From Takakia lepidozioides (Eukaryota > Plantae > Bryophyta), in contig CM060732.1 in NCBI GenBank assembly GCA_030704615.1, positions 76,260,001-76,324,000 on the forward strand: DNA of 64,000 nt, written 5' to 3'. A program made the position numbers and the translations under genes. The notes below the pieces were generated by a model. That model had not been told where the DNA came from. It did not search any database and saw nothing but the letters and a program-made list of their open reading frames with translations. Positions 10,653 through 24,059 of the stretch are shown one piece after another (the first letter of the stretch is position 1; the number at the start of each line of letters is the position of its first letter).

Positions 10653-13600
10653 TGTCGCGCACCTCACTTCGGTAAGCTCCCCTTCAAGTCATAGTTACTC
10701 GCTTTGATGCGCGCGCCTAACTCCCCAACTCGCCGCCAGGCCAACTCGGACCTTCGGCTGCTCGCCAGGACATAACGGACCCCCTTTGCTCCTCCAACAG
10801 ACCCTCCACCAAATCTGGGCCTAGTGGAAATTCCCTTTGGTAGATGGCAGTCCGGAATAGCTCCCCACTTCTTGGTCGCTTTCCGGCTCGCTCGCTCACT
10901 TACTAGTTTTTGGTCACCAACGGGCTTGCACCATTCTCGGGGTTACTACTCCCTATATATACTTCTGTGACTGTCCGCGGGGGTTTCACAAACAACCATG
11001 CCATTTTATGGCGAACCACCACGAAGACCCTCGATTCCCGGTGATGAGTCGCAGTGAGTCTTGGCCCACCCACCACGGCCCCATTGGACCGTGATGAGTC
11101 CCAAGACTCCCCACGACTCCCACCACGAGGTCTCCGCCCCATGGTGAGTCCTATGCCACCCCCACTAAGTCCTGCTAAGCTACCACCACCCCCATCCCCA
11201 CCGCAATCCGGTGTGCGGGGATCCACCCAGTGAGCGCCTCCGCCTCTTTGAGTGCTTTGGGCACTCAAAGGTGCTTCAGCCCCCGTACCTATTGTTGCCA
11301 CTGCCCCCACCACAGGGGCAGCCCCTCTTGTGTCTCGACCCCCCTGCCCTCAAGGCGAAGGGCCGCGACACACACCCCTACCAATAAGGAGTCGATGTCC
11401 TCATCGACTTGTCCATGGCAAAGAACCAAACCCCCACTTGACTCTACTCTCCACTAGCTAGTTCGGCCGACTTCCTCCAAGTCCCGGCCAAGGGTGAAGC
11501 CTCTCAAGCTCCTCCTAGTGCACTCTTCTTGGCCCACTTCAAGGCCAAGGAACGATCCTCCCCGAGGATCGAATCGCCTTACTGCAACAACATTGCTTGT
11601 GACCGCTCATGATGTCGCTTTTGGCATCACCTTGAGCAAGGGTTCACCTTGAACCCTTTTTGAGTAGAAAGATAACCTTGAACCAACCGTGCACCCCAAT
11701 CACTACAATTGGGTCCGCCTTGGAATGTTGGCCTGAGGTACGGGAACACGCCGAAGCCGCACTACGATTTCGTCCCGAGGCGCTACACGATTATAGTACG
11801 TGAACGGAAGCACATAGCTTTCGCGTTAGCCTGCACTACAAGGCAACCCCCTCAGTAGCGCAGTTATAGTATGCGCACGTGTTAGGTGCGCACTAGCATG
11901 TGAACTCCCAAGGAAGGCGCAAGTTTCCTTGCCCCTTGGATGGGAGTCACCCAATTTTGGCACTGCGCAAACACACGATTAACCCAATTTACCTCTCCCA
12001 CTTTTGTAAGCTAGCATGCATTCTACACACTAGCCAACCATACCATGCAACACCATTCCAAACAAAATAGGATGCACAACATTTGGAAACCATTTCATTT
12101 ATAACAAAATTTGTACAATACAAGTTTTTGCAATCGGATTCCTGAGCTAGCTAAGCCGGGCTAAGCATGCATTTCCTCCCCCACGCTCCAAGGTTGATGT
12201 CCCCATCAACGCTTCTTCCGCTTTTGAGGTCGCCCTTCGAAAGTTGCAACCGCCTCGGATGCGTTTCCCATTTTTGAGGCACGCACCCAAGATGCCTCCA
12301 CATGATGATAGCCCTTCCATTTCACGTGATACTCCATTTCTCGATTCTTGAACCTCCTCGACTTAAGCACTGCCTCCACCTCGTACTTAGGTTCATTTTC
12401 ATGATCCAACAGCACAGGTGGCGGACGCAACACTTGATGCCGATTCAGACGCGCTTCATCTTTGAAGTAAGGCTTCAAAAGGGAGACGTGGAATACCAGA
12501 TACACCTTGCTGTTTGCCGGCAGCTCCAATTCATACACATCCTCATTCATAATCTTCCGGATACGAAAGGGTCCTGCGTACGGAGGTACGAACTTTGGAC
12601 TCATTTCCGGAGGTAGTCGGAAATTCTTGATGTTCAACCAGACCTCCGTGCCTGCCTCAAACTTAACTTCCCTCCGGTTCCGATTCGCCTGCCGTTCATA
12701 CCGTTTCCTAGCTTTGGCAATGTTGTACTTTGCGAGCTTCAATAAACGCTCGCGTTCTTCCAGCACGGCTGTTGCTGCCGGTTCCTCAACGTCTTGGGCG
12801 GCCCAACTTGTCGGCACCAGAGGTGCTTTTCCATAGACCAATACGAAAGGGGGAACTCCCGTTGCGGAGTGTTTTGTGTTATTATAACAGAACTCTGCCG
12901 CATCCAAGTGCTCCACCCAGTCCGATTGGTCTGTCGACACGTAATTCCGCAAGATCTGCTTCACTATGGAATTCACCCTTTCCAGTTGGCCGTCCGTCGT
13001 AGGTCGGAAGGCGGTGCTCATCTTGAGCCTCGTCCCCATTTTCTTCCAAAGTGCCCTCAAAAATTTACTTGTAAACTTTGGATCGCGGTCCTGAGACAAT
13101 ATCCTTCGGGAGTCCATGATGCTTGAAGACGTGGGCGAAGTAAAGTCGCCCCGTCTCATGCGCCGTTGTCGTCTCCTTGGTGGGGATGAAATGGCCCATT
13201 TTACTGAACCTATCCACCACCACCATGATTGCATCGAATCCTTTTGACAGCGGCATAGCAGTCATGAAATCCATCGAGATACTTTTCCAAGACCCCTCTG
13301 GAATCGGCAAGGGTTGTAACAGCCCCGTTTGCTTTTTGTACTCGCTCCGGTTTTGTTGGCAGGTGGTGCATGTCTTGACATACTCCTCGGCCTCCTCCCT
13401 CAGTTTGGGCCAAAAATACTCTTTCTTCAGGAGTACCGCGGTGCACTTGGCTCCGCCGTGGCCCGCAAGCAGGCCATCGTGGCATTCTGTCAAGAGACTA
13501 TATCTGATCCCTCCCTTCGGCACGTAGAGACGCTTTTGCTTGTACCGAAGCAGTCCATTGTGCCAGTGAAACTGCGATTTAACCCCCATCCTCAAGTCCC

Positions 13601-16600
13601 GCATCACGGACTTTGCCATCTCATCCTTCCGGTAAAGCCTTCCGGACCTTCCTTTGGAGCGCCGTCTCGCCCCTGTACACCAACATGAGCTGCTGCTTTC
13701 TACTTAAAGCATCACATTGTCCTGTCCCGGTTTATACTGGATATCAACGTCGAACACCGCCAAAGTGTCTTGCCACCTAAGTTGTTTTGGGGACAACTTA
13801 GGCTACGTGGCAAAATACTTCACCGTGACATTGTCCGTGAACACCTTTACCGGGTTGGAACCAACATAGTGGCGCAAAAGCTCAAGGCAATGCACCACCG
13901 CCTTCATTTCTTTCTCGTGCGTAGGCCACCTTCGCTCTACTTCATTCAGTTTCTTACTTTCGTAAGCCACTGGACGTCCACCCTGCATGAGCACACCCCC
14001 TTTTGCGAAGTCCAACGCATCCGTATGAATCTCAAATGGACGGTCGAACTCCAGGATTTTGAGGACTGGAGCTTCCGCCATCCGCTGCTTCAACTCGGCA
14101 AAAGCTTGGCCACAAAAGGTGTTCCATACCCAGACTTTGGATTTACACAGAAGGTCTGACAGCGGCCCCGCGATCTTGGCGAAATTTCTCACATACTTCC
14201 GGTAATAGGAGGCGAGTCCTAGGAAGGATCGTGCTCCCGGGACCGAAGTCGGAGGCTCCCAGTCCAAGATCGCCCTCATCTTTCCGTCCTCTATTTTGAT
14301 CCCATCCTGTGTAATCACATGCCCCATGAACTCCACTTTTGTGACCCCGAATTCACACTTTGAAGCTTTGGCATACAACTTCCATTCCCGCAATTTCTGG
14401 AACACCCTTTTTAGGTGCTCCAGGTGCTCTTTCTTTGTTTTCGAGTACACCAAGATGTCGTCGATGTATATGATCACAAAGTCATCCAACCACTCCTGGA
14501 AAAGGCTGTTCATTAGCGTGCTAAAGATTGTGGGTGCGTTGGTGAGCCCAAAAGGCATCACCAAGAACTCATACGAACCATATCTTGTCCTGCACATGGT
14601 CTTCTCCTCATCTCCTTCCGCGACTCGGATCTGATGATATCCAGAGCGCAAATCGATCCGGCTGAAATACTTTGCTCCTGCCAACCGATCGAAGAGGTCG
14701 TCGATCCTTGGCAAAGGGTACCGGTTTTTTATAGTCACCTTATTCAGAGCCCTGTAATCGACATACATCCGCAGCGTCCCATCCTTCTTGTCTGCGAATA
14801 GCACCGGGGCTCCGTAAGGTGACTTACTCGGCCGGATGTACCCCTTTGATATTAGATCCTTAAGCTGAGTCTTCAACTCGACCAACTCTCTGTGGCTCAA
14901 CCGGTAGGGCGCCTTGGCAGGCGGCTCCGATCCCGGTATCACCTCAATCTTGTGGTCAACTCCTCTTCACGGTGGCAAGCCGCTTGGTAAATCCTCCGGC
15001 ATCACATCCTGGTATTTCTCCAAAATCCCCTTGATCCAATCTGGGCTCGGCTCCCTATCGCCTTTTCCCTTCACTTGTCTTACGTAAAGCAAAAACTGGG
15101 GCTCGTGTGGCTTTTCCACGGCCCACTCCTTTGCTGACAGCAGGTTTATTCGCCCTCCCACTCGGTTGGGCGTTTCCGACACTCTTAAATCTTCGTCACC
15201 ATTCCCACACGGTAGCGTGACTATTCTCTTGCGGCTATCTATGACTGCTCCGAATTTGCTCAAAAAGGTCATCCCCATAATGAGATCCACTCCATTGATA
15301 TCGCAAATTGTGAAGTTCTCACGTCCCTCCCAACTCCCGAGCTGAAGAGGAACATCGAACGCCAACCTCGTCGCCAATTGTGGTTCTCCTTTGGCACAAT
15401 GTACTTCAATGGAGGCCCCCACATCACTTGTCGGGAGTCCCAGCTTCCGTGCCGTTGCCGGTGTCATGAAGGAGTGCGACGCTCCTATGTCCACCAACAA
15501 CGACACGTTAGTTCCCACTTCTTTTCCGGTCGGAAGGAGTCACCCTCCCGCCGGGTCTTCTTGTGGTTCAGCTCCGTACGGCCTTGTCTTTTGCCCCTAG
15601 GGACATCTGAGAAACATTCAGCCCTCTCAATTGCCTCGTTCAAAGTCTTAGGTGGCTTCTCCTCCAACCTCCGCCTGGCCCACGGGGCCAGTCCCGCCAC
15701 AAAGTTGAAGACTGTCGCGGCCCTTTTGCCTTGAGGGCAGGGGGTCGGGACGCAGGAGGGGCTGCCCCTGTGGTGGGGGCAGTGGCAGCAATAGGTACGG
15801 GGGGGGGGGCTGAAGCACCCTTGAGTGCCTTGGGCACTCAAGGAGGCGGAGGCGCTCACTAGGTGGAGCCCCGCACACCGAGTTGCGGTGGGGGTGGGGG
15901 TGGTGGTAGCTTAGCGGGACTTAGTGGGGATGGCATAGGACTCACCATGGGGTGGAGACCTTGTGGTGGGAGTTGTGGGGAGTCTTGGGACTCATCACGG
16001 TCCAATGGGGCCGTGGTAGGTGGGCCAAGACTCAGCGCGACTCATCACCGGGAATCGAGGGTCTTCGTGGTGGTTCGCCATAAAATGGCATGGTTGTTTG
16101 TGAAACCCCCGCGGACAGTCACAAAAGTATATATAGGGAGTAGTAACCCCGAGAACGGTGCAAGCCCGTTGGTGACCAAAAACTAGTGAGTAAGCGAGCG
16201 AGCCGGAAAGCGACCAAGAAGTGGGGAGCTATTCCGGACTACCATCTACCAAAGGGAATTTCCACTAGGCCCAAATTGGTGGAGGGTCTGTTGGGGGAGA
16301 AAAGGGGGACCGTTATGTCCCAGTGAGCAGCCAAAGCTCCGAGTTGGCCCGGCGGCCAAGTTGGGAGTTAGGCGCGCACATCAAAGAGAGTAACTATGAC
16401 TTGAAGGGGAGCTTACCGAAGTGAGGTGCGTGACACTTGGTATCAGAGCTTAGAATTTAGTACGCGATCGTCCTTGGGATCGGCCTCATCATGGGGTCGG
16501 GCAAGCCAAAGTGAATGCGGAACGGCCCGAAAGATGATGATCCTGGTGAGCCCGATGGGGGCGACGTGTCACCGAAGCGGCCATTTGAGGAAGCGATGCA

Positions 16601-19600
16601 TGCTTTTGAAAGCGAGGCCACTCAAGAATGGGAGGAATCTGAGGAGTCAGAGCCTGAGGAATCCCTGAGAGCTCCGACAGACCAACAGATGCCTCCCATG
16701 CCAGCAGCCTTTTGGGAAGGGTTGTTGGCGCAGTTTGGCGGGACGTTGAAAGACGTGTTGAGGGCGGCTAATGCCAGTTCCACTAAGGCAAAGTTTAAGG
16801 TGAAGCCTAAGGAACCCGACACCTTCGAGGACGTCCGAAATCGGAATGCACTCAACACCTGGCTCTTGGAGCTAGAGCAGTACTTCCGGGCGGCCAAGTT
16901 GAGTGACGAGGATCGGGTGGAAGTGGCTCCCACCTATTTGAGGGGCTATGCTCATCAATGGTGGCAGAAGCACCTTCACGACCGAGGTCCAAACCCGGAA
17001 ACCTTGAACTAGGGTGGGTTCAAGGAACTGATGAAGAGATAGTTTGTGCCCCTCTACGCGTCCTGGCTCGCTCGGGACAAGATGAGGAATCTGAAACAAA
17101 CGGATGACATTCGGGGATATGTTCAGGCTTTCAATGTGCTGTTACTCGAAGTCGCGGACATGGCAGAACCAGAAATGGTCTTCAACTTTGTGGTGGGACT
17201 GGCCCCATGGGCTAGGCGAAAGTTGGAGGAGAAGCCACCTAAGACTTTGAACGAGGCAATTGAGAGGGCCGAATGTTTCTCGGATGTCCCTAGGGGCGAA
17301 AGACAAGGCCGTATGGAGCTGAACCACAAGAAGACCCGGCGGGAGGGTGATTCTTTCCAACCGGAAAAGAAGTGGGATAGGCCATGCGGCGACAATGGCA
17401 AGTGGAAATCGAAGGGAGGTCCTTCTCAAGTCAAGGCGGCACCCGGTGCTCCAAAAGAAAAATTAGGTGCGGCGGCTTATGGCGGACAGAAGGCGACCTT
17501 CGATGGGGTGTGTTTTAATTGCGGGGAGCCCGGGCACATGGCTAAGAAGTGTGCAAAGCCCTGACAATTGAACATGACTCGGGCAACCACAGAGCTGTCG
17601 GAAGATTCCATCAGCCGCTTGGTGGAAACGGTGGTCGCCAAGAATTGCAAGGTAGGCAACTACTCTTGTGAGTTGTATCAAGAAACTGGCGCCCTGCGTA
17701 AAGGGAGTCAGTTATTGTTCGTGAGTGGGATAATTTCCGGAACTAAAGTGTCGTTGTTGGTGGACACAGGAGCGTCGCACTCCTTCATGACACCAGCAAC
17801 GGCACGGAAGCTGGGACTCCCGACAAGTGATGTGGGGGCCTCTATTGAGGTGCGTTCTGCCAAAGGAGAACCACAATTGGCGACAAGGTTGGCGTTCGAT
17901 GTTCCTCTTCAACTGGGGAGTTGGGAGGGACGTGATAATTTCACCATTTGCGTAGTCACGCTGCCGTGTGGGAATGGTGGCGAAGTTTTACGAGTGTCGG
18001 AAACGCCCAAACCCGTGGGAGGGCGAATAAACCTTTTCTCAGCAAGGGAGTGGGCCGTGGAGGAGCCACACGAGCCCCAGTTTTTGCTTTAGGTAAGACA
18101 AGTGAAAGGAGAAGGCGATGGGGAGCCGAGCCCAGATTGGATCAAGGGGATCTTGGAGAAATACCAAGATGTGATGCCGGAGGATTTACCAAGCGGCCTG
18201 CCACCGCGAAGGGGAGTTGACCACAAGATTGAGGTGATACCAGGATCGAAGCCGCCTGCCAAGGCACCCTACCGGTTGAGCCACAAAGAGTTGGTCGAGC
18301 TGAAGACTCAGCTCAAGGATCTAATATCAAAGGGGTACATCCGGCTGAGTAAGTCACCTTACGGAGCCCCAGTGCTATTCGCGGACAAGAAGGATGGGAC
18401 GCTGCGGATGTATGTCGATTACATGGCTCTGAATAAGGTGACTATAAAAAACCGGTACCCTTTGCCAAGGATCGATGACCTTTTCGATCAGTTGGCAGGA
18501 GCGAAGTATTTCAGCCGGATCGATTTGCGCTCCGGCTATCATCAAATTTGAGTGGCGGAAGGAGATAAGGAGAAGACCGCGTGCAAGACAAGATATGGTT
18601 CGTACGAGTTCTTGGTGATGCCTTTTGGGCTCACCAACGCACCCGTGACCTTTAGCATGCTAATGAACAGCCTCTTCCAGGAGTGGTTGGATGACCTTGT
18701 GATCGTGTACATCGACGACATCTTGGTGTACTCAAAAACAAAGGAAAAGCACCTGGAGCACCTAAAAAGGGTGTTCCAGAAGTTGCGGGAAGAGAAGCTG
18801 TATGCCAAAGCTTCAAAGTGCGAATTTGGGGTCACAAAAGTGGAGCTCCTGGGGCATGTGATTACACAGGATGAGATCAAAATGGATGATAGAAAGGTGA
18901 GGGCGATCTTGGACTGGGAACCTCCGACTTTGGTCCTGGGAGTGTGATCCTTCCTAGGACTCACCTCCTATTACCGGAAGTATTGGAGAAATTTCGCCAA
19001 GATCGCGGGGCCGCTGTCAGACCTCCTGTATAAATCCAAGGTCTGGGTATGGAACACCTTTTGTGGCCAAAGCTTTTGCCGAGTTGAAGCAGCGGATGGC
19101 GGAAGCTCCAGTCCTCAAAATTCCGGAGTTCGACCGTCTATTTGAGATCCATACAGATGCGTCGGACTTCGCAATTGGGGGTGTACTCATGCAGAATGGA
19201 CGTCCAGTGGCTTACGAAAGTAAGAAATTGAATGAAGTGGAGCGACGGTGGCCTACGCACGAGAAAGAAATGAAGGCGGTGGTGCATTGCCTTGAGCTGT
19301 GGCACCACTATATTGGTTCCAATCCAGTGAAGGTGTTCACGGACAATGTCACGGTGAAGTATTTTGCCATGCAGCCTAAGTTTTCCCCAAAACAAATTAG
19401 GTGGCAAGACACTTTGGCACTGTTCGACGTGGATATCCAGTACAAACCGGGACGAGACAATGTGGTGGCCGATGCTTTAAGTAGAAAGCAATAGCTCATG
19501 TTGGTGTACAAGGGTGAGACGGCGCTCCAAAGGAAGATCCGGAAGGTTTACCGGAAGGATGAGATGGCGAAGTCCGTGATGCGGGTCTTGAGGATGGGGG

Positions 19601-22600
19601 TTAAATCGCAGTTTCGCTTGCAAAATGGACTGCTCCGGTATAAGCAAAAGCGTCTCTACGTACCGAAGGGAGGGATCAGAGATAGCCTCTTCAGAGAATG
19701 CCATGATGGCCCGCTTGCGGGCCACGGCGGAGCCAAATGCACCGCGACACTCTTAAAGAAAGAGTATTTCTGGCCCAAACAGAGGGAGGAGGCCGAGGAG
19801 TATGTCAAGACATGCACCACATGCCAACAACCGGAGCGAGTACAAAAAGCAAGCGGGGCTGTTACAACCCTTGCCGATTCCAGAGGGGTCTTGGGAAAGT
19901 GTCTTGATGGATTTCATGACTGCTATGCCGCTGTCAAAAGGATTTGATGCAATCATGGTGGTGGTGGATAGGTTCAGTAAAATGGGCCATTTCATTCCCA
20001 CCAAGGAGACGGCAACGGCACAGGAGACGGGGCGACTTTACTTCGCCCACGTCTTCAAGCATCATGAACTCCCGAAGGATATTGTCTCAGACCGTGATCC
20101 AAAGTTTACAAGTAAATTTTGGAGGGTAAATTCCGTGGTGAAGCAGATCTTTCGGAATTACGTGTCAGCAGACCAATCGGACTGGGTGGAACAGTTGGAT
20201 GCGGCAGAGTTCTGTTATAATAACACAAAACACTCCGCAACGGGAATTTCCCCTTTCGTATTGGTCTATGGAAAAGCACCTCTGGTGCTGACAAGTTGGG
20301 CCGCCCAGGACGTTGAGGAACCGGCAGCAGCGACGGTACTGGAAGAACGCGAGCGTTTGTTGAAGCTCGCAATGTACAACATTGCCAAAGCTAGGAAACG
20401 GTAAGGCAGGCAAATCGGGAGCGGAGGGAAGTTAAGTTTGAGGCAGGCACGGAGGTCTGGTTGAATATCAAGAATTTCCGACTACCTCCGGAAGTGAGTC
20501 CGAAGTTCGTACCTCCGTATGCGGGACCCTTTCGCTCCGGAAGCTTATGAATGAGGATGTGTATGATTTGGAGTTGCCGGCAAGGGCATCACCTTGAGCA
20601 AGGATTCACCTTGAACCCTTTTTGACTAGGAAGATAACCTTGAACCAACCGTGCGCCCCAATCACTACAACTGGGTCCGCCTTGGAATGTTGGCCTGAGG
20701 TACGGGAACACGCCGAAGCCGCACTACGACTTCGTCCCGAGGCTACACGATTATAGTACGTGAACGGAAGCACGTAGCTTCTGCATTAGCCCGCACTACA
20801 AGGCTACCCCCTCGGTAGCGCAGTTATAGTATGCGCATGCGCCAGGTGCGCACTAGCACGTGAACTCCCCAAAGAAGGCGCAAGTTTCCTTGCCCATTGG
20901 ATGGGAGTCACCCGATTTTGGCACTACGCAAACACACGATTAATCCAATTTACCTCTCCCACTTTTGTAAGCTAACATGCATTCTACACACTAGCCAACC
21001 ATACCATGCATCACCATTCCAAACAAAAATAGGAGGCGCAACATTTGGAAACCATTTCATTTATAACAAAATTTGTACAACATAAGTTTTTGCAATCGGA
21101 TTCCTGAGCTAGCTAAGCCGGGCTAAGCATGCATTTCCTCCCCCACGATCCAAGGTTGATGTCCCCATCAACGCTTCTTCCGCTTTTGAGGTCGCCCTTC
21201 GAAAGTTGCAACCGCCTCGGATGCGTTTCCAATTTCTGAGGCGCGCACCCAAGATGCCTTCACATGATGATAGCCCATCCATTTCACGAGATACTCCATT
21301 TCTCGATTCTTGAACCTCCTCGACTTAAGCAATGCCTCCACCTCGTGGATACCGGGGCATCATAAGCGGTCGCAAGCAATGTTGTTGCAGTAAGGCGATT
21401 CGATCCTCGGGGAGGATTGTTCATTGGCCTTGAAGTAGGCCAAGAAGAGTGCACTGGGTGGACCTTGAGAGGCTCCACCCTTGGCCGGGACTTGGAGGAA
21501 GTCGGCCGAACTAGCTAGTGGAGAGTAGAGTCAAGTGTGGGGTTTGGTTCTTTGCCATGGGACGCCATGGTGCGGAAACAAACTCCTTGATGTGGGATGC
21601 CACAACTTGGATGTTCGTTTCTACAAAATGGACAAGTCGATGAGGACATCGACTCCCTATTGGTAGGGGTGTGTGTCGCGGCCCTTTGCCTTGAGGGCAG
21701 GGGGTCAGGACGCAGGAGGGGCTGCCCCTGTGGTGGGGGCAGTGGCAGCGATAGGTACGGGGGGGGGGGGGGGCTGAAGCACCCTTGAGTGCCTTGGGCA
21801 CTCAAGGAGGCGGAGGCGCTCACTAGGTGGAGCCCCGCACGCCGAGTTGCGGTGGGGGTGGCTCCACAAGGGGTGGTGGTAGCTTAGCAGGACTTAGTGG
21901 GGGTGGCATAGGACTCACCATGGGGTGGAGACCTCGTGGTGGGAGTCGTGGGGAGTCTTGGGACTCATCACGGTCCAATGGGACCGTGGTGGGTGGGCCA
22001 AGACTCACCACGACTCATCATTGGGAATTGAGGGTCTTCGTGGTGGTTCGCCATAAAATGGCATGGTTGTTTGTGAAACCCCCGCGGACAGTCACAAAAG
22101 TATATATAGGGAGTAGTAACCCCGAGAACGGTGCAAGCCCGTTGGTGACCAAAAACTAGTGAGTAAGCGAGCGAGCCGGAAAGCGACCAAGAAGTGGGGA
22201 ACTATTCCGGACTACCATCTACCAAAGGGAATTTCCACTAGGTCCAAATTGGTGGAGGGTCTGTTGGGGGAGAGAAGGGGGACCGTTATGTCCCGGTGAG
22301 CAGCCGAAGCTCCGAGTTGGCTCGGCGGCCAGGTTGGGAGTTAGGCGCGCGCATCAAAGAGAGTAACTATGACTTGAAGTGGAGTTTACCGAAGTGAGGT
22401 GCGTGACAAAGACCATTTTTGGTTCTGCCATGTTCGCGACTTTGAGCAACAGCACATTGAAAGCCTGAACATATCCCTGAATGTCATCCGTTTGCTTCAA
22501 ATTCCTCATCTTGTCTCGGGCGAGCCAGGACGCGTTGAGGGACACAAACTGTCTCTTCATAAGTTCCTTGAACCCACTCCAGTTCAAGGTGTCCGGGTTT

Positions 22601-23426
22601 GGACCTTGGTCGTGAAGGCGTTTCTGCCAGGGCCGTTCTGGTTTGCCCAACCCCATGATGAGGCCGATCTCAAAGACAATCGCGTACTGAACTCTAAGCT
22701 CTGATACCAAGTGTCGCGCACCTCACTTTGGTAAGCTCCCCTTCAAGTCATAGTTACTCGCTTTGATGCGCGCGCCTAACTCTCCAACTGGCCGTTGGGC
22801 CAACTCGGAGCTTCGGCTGCTCGCCGGGACATAATGGTCCCCCTTTGCTCCTCCAACAGACCCTCCACCAATTTGGGCCTAGTGGAAATTCCCTTTGGTA
22901 GATGGCAGTCCGGAATAGCTCCCCACTTCTTGGTCACTTTCCGGCTCGCTAGTTTTTGGTCACCAACGGGACTTGCACCGTTCTCGGGGTTACTACTCCC
23001 TATATATACTTTTGTGACTGTCCGCGGGGGTTTCACAAACAACCATGCCATTTTATGGCGAACCACCACGAAGATCCTTGATTCCCGGTGATGAGTCGCG
23101 GTGAGTCTTGGCCCACCTACCACGGCCCCATTGGACCATGATGAGTCCCAAGACTCTCCACGACTCCCACCACGAGGTCTCCGCCCCATGGTGAGTCCTA
23201 TGCCACCCCCATTAAGACCCACTAAGCTACCACCACCCTTCGTGGATCCACCCCCACCGCAACCCGGTGTGCGGGGCTCCACCCAGTGAGCGCCTCCGCC
23301 TCCTTGAGTGCTTTGGGCACTCAAGGGTGCTTCAGCCCCCGTACCTATTGTTGCCACTGCCCCCACCACAGGGGCAGCCCCTCTTGTGTCCCGACCCCCC
23401 TGCCCTCAAGGCGAAGGGCCGCGACA
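10653..23426 (-). mobile_element. Ty3/gypsy chromovirus, element A (Galadriel-like by recall), with both LTRs and internal deletions
   Basis: LTRs 22712-23426 (5') and 10653-11370 (3'), TG..CA ends, TSD CAGCA (10648-10652 and 23427-23431), PBS TGGTATCAGAGC 22709-22698, PPT 11383-11371. PR LVDIGASHSF, RT YIDD, INT with GPF motif, and chromodomain YEVEAVL..YHVKWKGY..SW (12206-13234). Confidence 0.95.
15713..22408 (+). mobile_element. Ty3/gypsy chromovirus, element B: same family as A, inserted antisense into the gag of A
   Basis: LTRs 15713-16435 and 21674-22408, TSD AAGAC (15708-15712 and 22409-22413), PBS 16438-16449, PPT 21661-21673. gag with CFNCGEPGHMAKKC, then PR, RT, RH and INT with stops and frameshifts. 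Confidence 0.95.
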
Positions 23427-23964
23427 CAGCAGGCCTGATTGGACGTGTTTCAGATCTACCAGCAGATGTGCTGGCCAGATCTACTCTCTTTCACAAATGA
23501 GAGTACACCCCAAGGTCAAACAAATTGCAAGAATCCTCCACATCAACACATTTTCCTTTTTCTGGACTAGAATTGGAATGAATACCTCTCCCTTTCAACT
23601 GCAAACTGGTCCTAAGAGGGGATGTCAAGGCACTAGTACCTTCAAAGTCAAGAGGCTGATTCTCACTCAAACCAGCAGGCTCAGAAGATATAAGACCAGT
23701 TGGGGGCTGTTTCAAGGTCAAGTTTTGGCCATGAGACATTGCTGATTCCATCAACAGTGGGGGAGACCTGTAGTTAGAGGTCGATGGTGGGTGCACTAGG
23801 GGCTGAAGCACTGCTGGTTGCCTCAGGTCCTGACTCCACATCATTTGCATTTGGTCCAAGGGAAGCTGTGACAAGGGTTGTAAGCGCCTTTGTTTGGCCG
23901 CTTGCCTAGCCATCCTCTTCAGGTTCCACTGTCCAGACATAGTGTGGGTGATCTGGGTAAACAA
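23427..23964 (-). pseudogene. Upstream low-complexity continuation of the piggyBac-like ORF split by element A
   Basis: Joined to 10652 through the CAGCA TSD. ORF 23491-23964 is on the same strand and has no diagnostic motif. Confidence 0.4.
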
Positions 23965-24059
23965 TTGTGCGCAAGAGACGGTTGACCAGATCTAAGAAAT
24001 GTAGGCCAAAACCAACTTCCCTAAATCTTTAAATGGAGGTCCTCATATATGTGAACATA

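Noticed and set aside
10903-11313. Gly-rich ORF recurring in all four chromovirus LTRs (also 15863, 21827, 22776)
   Set aside because: It spans the TATA box, has variable starts, and is explained by G-rich, stop-poor LTR sequence.
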